Assembly (NCBI GenBank): GCA_031414955.1
Contig: JANOQV010000193.1
Span: 1 to 33,430 of the forward strand
Direction of reading: 5' to 3'
Length of the DNA: 33,430 nucleotides
From: Pedosphaera sp.
GTDB taxonomy: Bacteria; Verrucomicrobiota; Verrucomicrobiia; Limisphaerales; SIBH01
Under the pieces are notes generated by a model that was not told where the DNA came from, did not search any database, and worked only from the letters and a program-made list of their open reading frames with translations. Both the position numbers and the translations under genes were made by a program. Below are positions 27,240 to 33,430 of this stretch, in pieces; the stretch's first letter is position 1, and every line of letters begins with the position of its first letter.

Positions 27240-28562
27240 TCAAAGCTGCCAGGCCGCTTGAATACCGACCTGGTTGTTCTCGAAACTGAACCCCGGATCC
27301 GTCGAGTTATTATCTCGAAACTGGTGAAAGATACTCAGGGTCCAACTCCGACCGATAGTTGCCTCCAGCCCATAGCGCAGCAAGAAGTAATCATCATTGC
27401 GGGAGGTCTCCACGGTGCGGCGGGCCGGGATGTATTCGGAATTGTCGTAGCTGAGGCTGAGCGTGCCGGAGAGCCGCTCGAGCAGGCGCTGGCGCAGACT
27501 GAGCGAGACGCCAGTGGCGATGAAGTTGGCCCCGTTGACCACGGCGGAGTTTTGCTCGCGCCGGTGGGCTTCCACCGCGAGGGCCGTGCCGTCGTTGGGG
27601 CGGTAGCTGGCGGTGAGGGCAAAGACGGGGCTGAAGGAGGAACTGCCATCCTCGTATGATCGCCAGTCGGCCCCGGCGGAAAGTTCGAGGCTGGTTTTCT
27701 CGGTGGTTTTGTAAGCCGCGCGCAGGGTCGGACCGAGGTAGCTCTGGGTGCGGGGTGTGACCTGAACGTGGGAGTTGGTGGTGGTGGTGATTTCGCTGGT
27801 GATGGCGTTGGTGGTGGCGGCGGTAGTGGTGACGGTGGATTGCTCGCTGACGGTAAGTCGGCCGTAGCTGAGCCCGAGTCCGAGCGTGACCTTGGGGGAA
27901 ACTTGATAGTGGGCCGTGGCGCTGGTATTCCATTCCTCCGAGTCCGTCTGCGTCTCAAAGTCGGTGAGTCGATACGCGCCATCCAGCAGGAAGAACGTCT
28001 TCTCGCTCATCTCGTAGCGGGCCGAACCGCCCGTGCGGTAGTTCTTTTGGTTGACGCGCGCGCCGACGTCGATCACGCCCCCCGAGGTGTCCTCGTAAGA
28101 CTGGAGCAGCGTGAGGCTGAGTTTGGTGAAACCATAACCGGCGTCCATCCGGGCCGAATGATCGACGGAGTTAAGCGTGTCGTTGCGCAGGAAAAAGATG
28201 AAGGATGGACTGTAATCCAGATTCAGCGAAGAGGGAGAAACCTCGGTCGAAGCGCTCTTGGTCAGGCGGATTCCGGGGGAAATGCTGACGATGTAGTCAT
28301 CGCCCACCGGCGGTTGATCGGTGCCGGTGAAGATGCCGTACTGCGGGCGGGATTGCTCGTGCAGACTGATGTTGTCATCATACATGAACAGGGTGTTGGC
28401 GCGTAGATGCACATCCATCGGACCCAGCAGGATGATGGCCGGGCGGGGTTCGGCGAGGAGCAGATCGGGCGGCGGCAATTGCGCCCCGGCCATGACCGGC
28501 CAGCAGACCAGCGGCAGCGCCACCAGTCGGAGTAAGCGTCGAAAACTTTCGTCGGGCCTCAC
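27240..28562 (-). CDS. Outer-membrane beta-barrel associated with polysaccharide export (EpsL/EpsX-like)
   Basis: Signal peptide, YDDNI motif, amphipathic strands, C-terminal FENNQVGIQAAWQL; first gene of the barrel-OPX-wzc operon. Confidence 0.8.
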   Translation of the reverse strand: MRPDESFRRLLRLVALPLVCWPVMAGAQLPPPDLLLAEPRPAIILLGPMDVHLRANTLFMYDDNISLHEQSRPQYGIFTGTDQPPVGDDYIVSISPGIRLTKSASTEVSPSSLNLDYSPSFIFFLRNDTLNSVDHSARMDAGYGFTKLSLTLLQSYEDTSGGVIDVGARVNQKNYRTGGSARYEMSEKTFFLLDGAYRLTDFETQTDSEEWNTSATAHYQVSPKVTLGLGLSYGRLTVSEQSTVTTTAATTNAITSEITTTTNSHVQVTPRTQSYLGPTLRAAYKTTEKTSLELSAGADWRSYEDGSSSFSPVFALTASYRPNDGTALAVEAHRREQNSAVVNGANFIATGVSLSLRQRLLERLSGTLSLSYDNSEYIPARRTVETSRNDDYFLLRYGLEATIGRSWTLSIFHQFRDNNSTDPGFSFENNQVGIQAAWQL

Positions 28563-28781
28563 GGATTCAGTTCTGAAAGGGCAGAACTATCCACGGCCGC
28601 GACAAAGGGGCAACAGGAAATGGGGCTGGCGGGGAGATCGTCTCGGGCAACTCGGGGCGGATGGCTCGAACTATCACGGAGCACAATCGTCGCGTGCAGG
28701 CGTTCACGCTGGCTGCAAGGTCGGTCGTTTTTTGTGGGGAAGGAATCGCGCGGAAGTGGCGTCCGAGTTCCGAGAACCGGG

Positions 28782-29633
28782 TCACTTCGCCGGCGAAGCG
28801 GTGCCGCGACTGGACAAGGTTTGAAGGTGCACTCGCGCTACGTCGCCCATGTAGTGGTCGGCGTGGTCGTCATCCGCCGCTTGCTTGAGGTGGGACCGGG
28901 CTTTGGTCATGTCGCCCGCCACGTCGTAATACAGCCCAAGATACAGGTGGGCGTAGAAGAGCGCGTCGCGCACCCGGATGTCGTTCTTGGCCCGCGTGGC
29001 CACGGCCAGAACTTCTTCCGCCGTCTTCGATCCCCGGTAGAATTCGTAAATCTCCTGCATCGGAATGCGTGCGTCCTTGCCCGGAGGCAGCAGTTGGGCG
29101 CGGGCGTTGGTCAGGCTGGTCGCCCGCGCGGCGCAGAGGAAATGCCACGCGGCGTTTTCCACGTCGTTCGGATTCACCGTCTGGTGCGATTCAAACTGCT
29201 TGCGCCCGTCGTCGAACCGTCCGGCATAGTAGAGCGAAAGCCCGCGTTGCCAGTGATGCGGCATTTGAGCGGGAGCGCCCGCGAGGACGTGATCGAAATC
29301 CGCGATGGATTCATGAAAGCGCCCGGCCTTGAAATGCAGTTCGCCCCGGCCCTGCCAAAATTGCGGTGTGCCCGGCTCCAGTTTGATTGCTGAGGACAGA
29401 TCCCGAATGGCGGCGTCGTAGTTGCGCACGCGTTCCAACAAACGCGCGCGCAGCGAGAGAGCCTGCGCGTTGGTCGGTTGCGCGGTCACCAGTTTGTCGC
29501 CCAAGGCCAGCGCTTGGGCGAGATTGGTTCGGCTCACGGTGACCACTTCACGCAGTGCGTCATCGGGGGCGGCCGCCGCCCGACAGATCAGAACCGCCAC
29601 GGAGTAAGCGAGTGCGATGATTATCCGGCGCAT
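28782..29633 (-). CDS. Secreted TPR protein (NlpI-like)
   Basis: Signal peptide; TPR motifs (A…R….AAI.DL..AI.L.P; RG..HF..G.F.ESIADFD); WQRGLSLYY; NPNDVENAAW; FYAHLYLGLY. Confidence 0.82.
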   Translation of the reverse strand: MRRIIIALAYSVAVLICRAAAAPDDALREVVTVSRTNLAQALALGDKLVTAQPTNAQALSLRARLLERVRNYDAAIRDLSSAIKLEPGTPQFWQGRGELHFKAGRFHESIADFDHVLAGAPAQMPHHWQRGLSLYYAGRFDDGRKQFESHQTVNPNDVENAAWHFLCAARATSLTNARAQLLPPGKDARIPMQEIYEFYRGSKTAEEVLAVATRAKNDIRVRDALFYAHLYLGLYYDVAGDMTKARSHLKQAADDDHADHYMGDVARVHLQTLSSRGTASPAK

Positions 29634-29694
29634 GGCTGAAGCGGGTTCGCGCGTTTAGGGCGGACGGAATGGCGGATGGACCGGCCCGCGCGAT

Positions 29695-29955
29695 TCACTT
29701 CTTTTTGGTGAGCTTCTTGATGGCGGCGCTGCCGGCCTTGGTGTCAAGCAGCACGGCCTTATGAGTCGTGAGCATCTCCTGCACGCTGGCGATGTTGGCC
29801 AGTTGCGTGGGAGCGCGCCGATTGTCCAGGGTGCGGAAATGCTTATAGCTGGCGAGGCGCTTGCCCATCTCCAGTATTTCAATGTGGCTGTCCTGAAGTT
29901 TCCAGATTTGTCCCTTGACGAGGGTCAGGTCAGCGGCTTTTCGATTCAATTTCAT
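29695..29955 (-). CDS. Small basic hypothetical protein, 86 aa
   Basis: ATG start, coding-like composition (L.KGQIWK…IEI..MGKRL..YK), co-oriented with its neighbours. Confidence 0.65.
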   Translation of the reverse strand: MKLNRKAADLTLVKGQIWKLQDSHIEILEMGKRLASYKHFRTLDNRRAPTQLANIASVQEMLTTHKAVLLDTKAGSAAIKKLTKKK

Positions 29956-30126
29956 ATCAGTAAATTCCCGATGCTTGGCTCGCGAATCGTCGTGGATTCT
30001 AGCGAAAATCAGCCCTCAGGCAACCAATCATTCACGCTTTCGACCGTGGCTGCTGGCGACGCGTTCAAACGAGTTCCAGGAACGCCCGGAAACCGGCAAG
30101 AAACGGGGGTGGTTCCTACTCCGTAC

Positions 30127-30157
30127 AAAAAAGAAGAGAGGGACCTGCCCTCTCTTC
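30127..30157 (-). terminator. Rho-independent terminator (minus strand)
   Basis: Perfect 10-bp stem GAAGAGAGGG / CCCTCTCTTC with a 5-nt loop and an A6 run on +, i.e. a U-tract on -. Confidence 0.85.
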
Positions 30158-30180
30158 ACGATTTGTTGAATGGCTCCGGC

Positions 30181-30423
30181 TTACGGCACCGGAGGATTGT
30201 CGCAACTGCTGATGTGGATTTGGAAGTTGCCTTCCGAAATCTCAATTGGCGTCACGATCAGAGGATTCGCGTCGCCGTTCTCGAGCAGTTTGGTCGAGCC
30301 AGCAGGATCAGCCAGACTGGTGAAGGCGTACGGGTAGCAACGGTCGATTCCGGAACCTGGCTTCGCGCCTTTGGTGCCAGGCTGAGTGCGATCCTCGGTG
30401 CGATCCTTGAAGTAAACGGGAAA
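30181..30423 (-). pseudogene. Start-less 80-codon frame, probable C-terminal remnant of a secreted protein, in frame after the htrA stop
   Basis: Manual translation: FPVYFKDRTEDRTQPGTKGAKPGSGIDRCYPYAFTSLADPAGSTKLLENGDANPLIVTPIEISEGNFQIHISSCDNPPVP*. It has no ATG and is followed by the terminator. Confidence 0.45.
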
Positions 30424-31629
<1,206 letters not shown>

Positions 31630-31635
31630 GCGCCG

Positions 31636-31641
31636 AATCTA
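31636..31641 (-). promoter_or_regulatory. Candidate -10 hexamer 6 nt upstream of the HtrA ATG (leaderless-type)
   Basis: Minus strand reads TAGATT-cggcgc-ATG, with no Shine-Dalgarno. Confidence 0.4.
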
Positions 31642-31760
31642 CCTGCGCCACCGCAGCTTCTCCCACGAAAAAAGTGCGAGACTGAATTCCTGGAGTTGGC
31701 GTGAGTTCGGCCGGTTTGCGCTCGCGGCCTGGGTTCGCCTTGTCCTACCGTCGCCCACCC

Positions 31761-33002
31761 ATGAATAACAATTCACGACGCGGGCAAATGCTGGTCCTGG
31801 CCGCCGCCTTTCTTGGCTGGATGTTCGACGGGCTGGAGATGGGCATCTTTCCCCTCGTGGCCCGGCCCGCCCTCCAGCAGATGCAGCAGGTCGCCGGCGT
31901 GCTGGACGAGACCTTCGTGCAGATGTGGATGGGGCGGATCACCGCGTTGTTTTTGCTGGGCGCGGCGGCGGGTGGTTTGATCTTCGGCTGGCTCGGGGAT
32001 CGCATCGGCCGCGTGCGCGCCATGACCCTGAGCATCCTGGCCTATTCGCTCTTCACCGGCTTGGCTTACTTCGCTCAAGAGCCGTGGCATCTGGGCGCGT
32101 TTCGCTTCCTCGCCGCACTGGGCATGGGCGGTGAATGGTCGCTGGGCGTGGCGCTGGTCATGGAGACGTGGCCGCAGGATAAACGTCCGCTCATGGCCGG
32201 GCTGATTGGCGCGGCGGCGAACTGCGGCTATACCATCATCGCCATCATTGGCATTTTCTTTTCCATCACCATTGATTCCTGGCGCTGGGTGATGCTGGTC
32301 GGCGCGGCTCCGGCGCTGCTCACGTTGCTGATCAGTTTCTACGTGCCGGAATCCGAGCGTTGGAAGGAGTCGGTCAAGGGTGGTGTCTCGCGGCCGCTCT
32401 CGGAAATATTCAGCCCCGCGCTGGGCAAGAACACCCTGCTCGCCATCTGCTTCGCCTCCGTGGCCCTCGTTGTCACCTGGGGCATCGTGCAATGGATTCC
32501 GCTCTGGGCCGACCAGATGACCGGAGGCAAGCAACCGCGCGTGAAGGCCTACGTTCAACTGACCTCATCCATTGGTGCCATCTTTGGAAGCTTCATCGCA
32601 CCGCTCGTCGGACTCCGCTTCGGTCGTCGGCCCGTGTATTTCGCCCTCTGCCTCTGCTCGCTGATCATGTGCAGCGTTCTGTTCCGTGGTTTCGACTCCT
32701 ATGGCGCCGGGTTTCTCGCTGCGGTCGGAATGGTGGGCTTCTTCACCGCCGCCTTTTACGGCTGGTTGCCGCAATATCTTCCCGAACTATTTCCCACCCG
32801 CGTGCGTGCCACCGGGCAGGGGGTGGCTTTCAATGCCGGACGCATCCTCGCCGCGCTGGGCGCCTGGCAGATGGGTTCGTTGATGGGATTCTTCGACAAG
32901 AGCTACGCTCGCGCCGGAGCCGCCCTTGTGTTCGTTTACCTCGTCGGCATGATTCTGATCTGGTTCGCGCCTGAGACCAAGGACCGGCCCCTGCCCGAGT
33001 AA
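31761..33002 (+). CDS. MFS transporter (NanT / aromatic-acid-symporter-like)
   Basis: LGWMFDGLE; motif A GWLGDRIGR; RFLAALGMGGEW..G..LV.E; PES; ELFPTRVRATG; PETK. ATG at 31761. Confidence 0.92.
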   Translation: MNNNSRRGQMLVLAAAFLGWMFDGLEMGIFPLVARPALQQMQQVAGVLDETFVQMWMGRITALFLLGAAAGGLIFGWLGDRIGRVRAMTLSILAYSLFTGLAYFAQEPWHLGAFRFLAALGMGGEWSLGVALVMETWPQDKRPLMAGLIGAAANCGYTIIAIIGIFFSITIDSWRWVMLVGAAPALLTLLISFYVPESERWKESVKGGVSRPLSEIFSPALGKNTLLAICFASVALVVTWGIVQWIPLWADQMTGGKQPRVKAYVQLTSSIGAIFGSFIAPLVGLRFGRRPVYFALCLCSLIMCSVLFRGFDSYGAGFLAAVGMVGFFTAAFYGWLPQYLPELFPTRVRATGQGVAFNAGRILAALGAWQMGSLMGFFDKSYARAGAALVFVYLVGMILIWFAPETKDRPLPE

Positions 33003-33059
33003 GGCTCCCGCACTCGCGCTCTGGCCGAGGGGAAGCGGGCACCCTGTTTCACTTTTGCG

Positions 33060-33292
33060 CGGGGCAGACGCAGCTAAATCCGCGAGCCATGAGGATCCGA
33101 AACACCAAACACCAAGATCCAAACACCAGAGAAACATCAAGTTCCAAACCTCAAACCGGCCACGGAGCCTCGAGGCGGCCGGCCCGGCCGGAGCCGGACC
33201 ACTTCTTGGAGCTTGGTGTTTGGATCTTCTCTGGTGTTTGGATCTTGGTGTTTGATGTTTCAGATCCCAGTTCACCTGCCTTTAGCTGCGTC
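33060..33292. mobile_element. Related MITE-like element: ISAs1-like left end and a heptamer-repeat hairpin
   Basis: Left CGGGGCAGACGCAGCTAAAT. GACGCAGCTAAA is perfectly inverted at 33281-33292. Internal 34-bp arms 33099-33132 and 33228-33261 match 33/34 (CACCAAA/GATCCAAA-type units). Confidence 0.65.
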
Positions 33293-33430
33293 GGGTGCAT
33301 CCGTACACCGTTCTTAATTAGGCGGGTTGCCAGAGTTGATCCCAATGGTGGTTGCGGCGGGCTTCGTCGAGGGCGAGCAGAGCGCGCAAGCCGGGCCGCG
33401 TCCAAAATTGTCCGGCCCGCTTGAAGCGGC

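Noticed and set aside
27816..27832. GGCGGTAG ops-like motif within the polysaccharide export operon
   Set aside because: On the wrong strand for the minus-strand operon, imperfect, and explained by Thr/Ala codons.
32787..33275. ORFs with KHQTP/LVFGS-type periodic peptides (also 19801-20305)
   Set aside because: Translations of the heptamer-repeat hairpins, not genes.

Overview
GC-rich bacterial DNA, most likely Verrucomicrobiota (PVC group; inferred from the planctomycete-type cytochrome c domain, the WGQWRGP beta-propeller, the C-terminal FYR/FFQL motifs and the absence of Shine-Dalgarno sites). About 26 protein-coding genes are supported. They include a YlbF/RicF-like protein divergent from a DUF116-polyprenyl synthetase fusion, an 8-heme MtrA/DmsE-like cytochrome next to an MtrB-like porin carrying its own N-terminal heme domain, and a lemA-TPM-TPM operon. 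Also present are an ABC-2-type permease, rhodanese, a Tat-exported unknown, a PQQ-like propeller, a CE1-type esterase, pckG, a sulfatase-solA-phosphoesterase cluster, a beta-barrel/OPX/Wzc polysaccharide export trio, a TPR protein, an HtrA protease and an MFS transporter. Intergenic DNA is dense with small palindromic elements. One is a 200-bp ISAs1-type MITE with terminal inverted repeats and a 10-bp target duplication enclosing a heptamer-repeat hairpin; related, nested and exapted copies occur elsewhere. No rRNA, tRNA or CRISPR array was seen. All family assignments come from motif recognition, not database searches.
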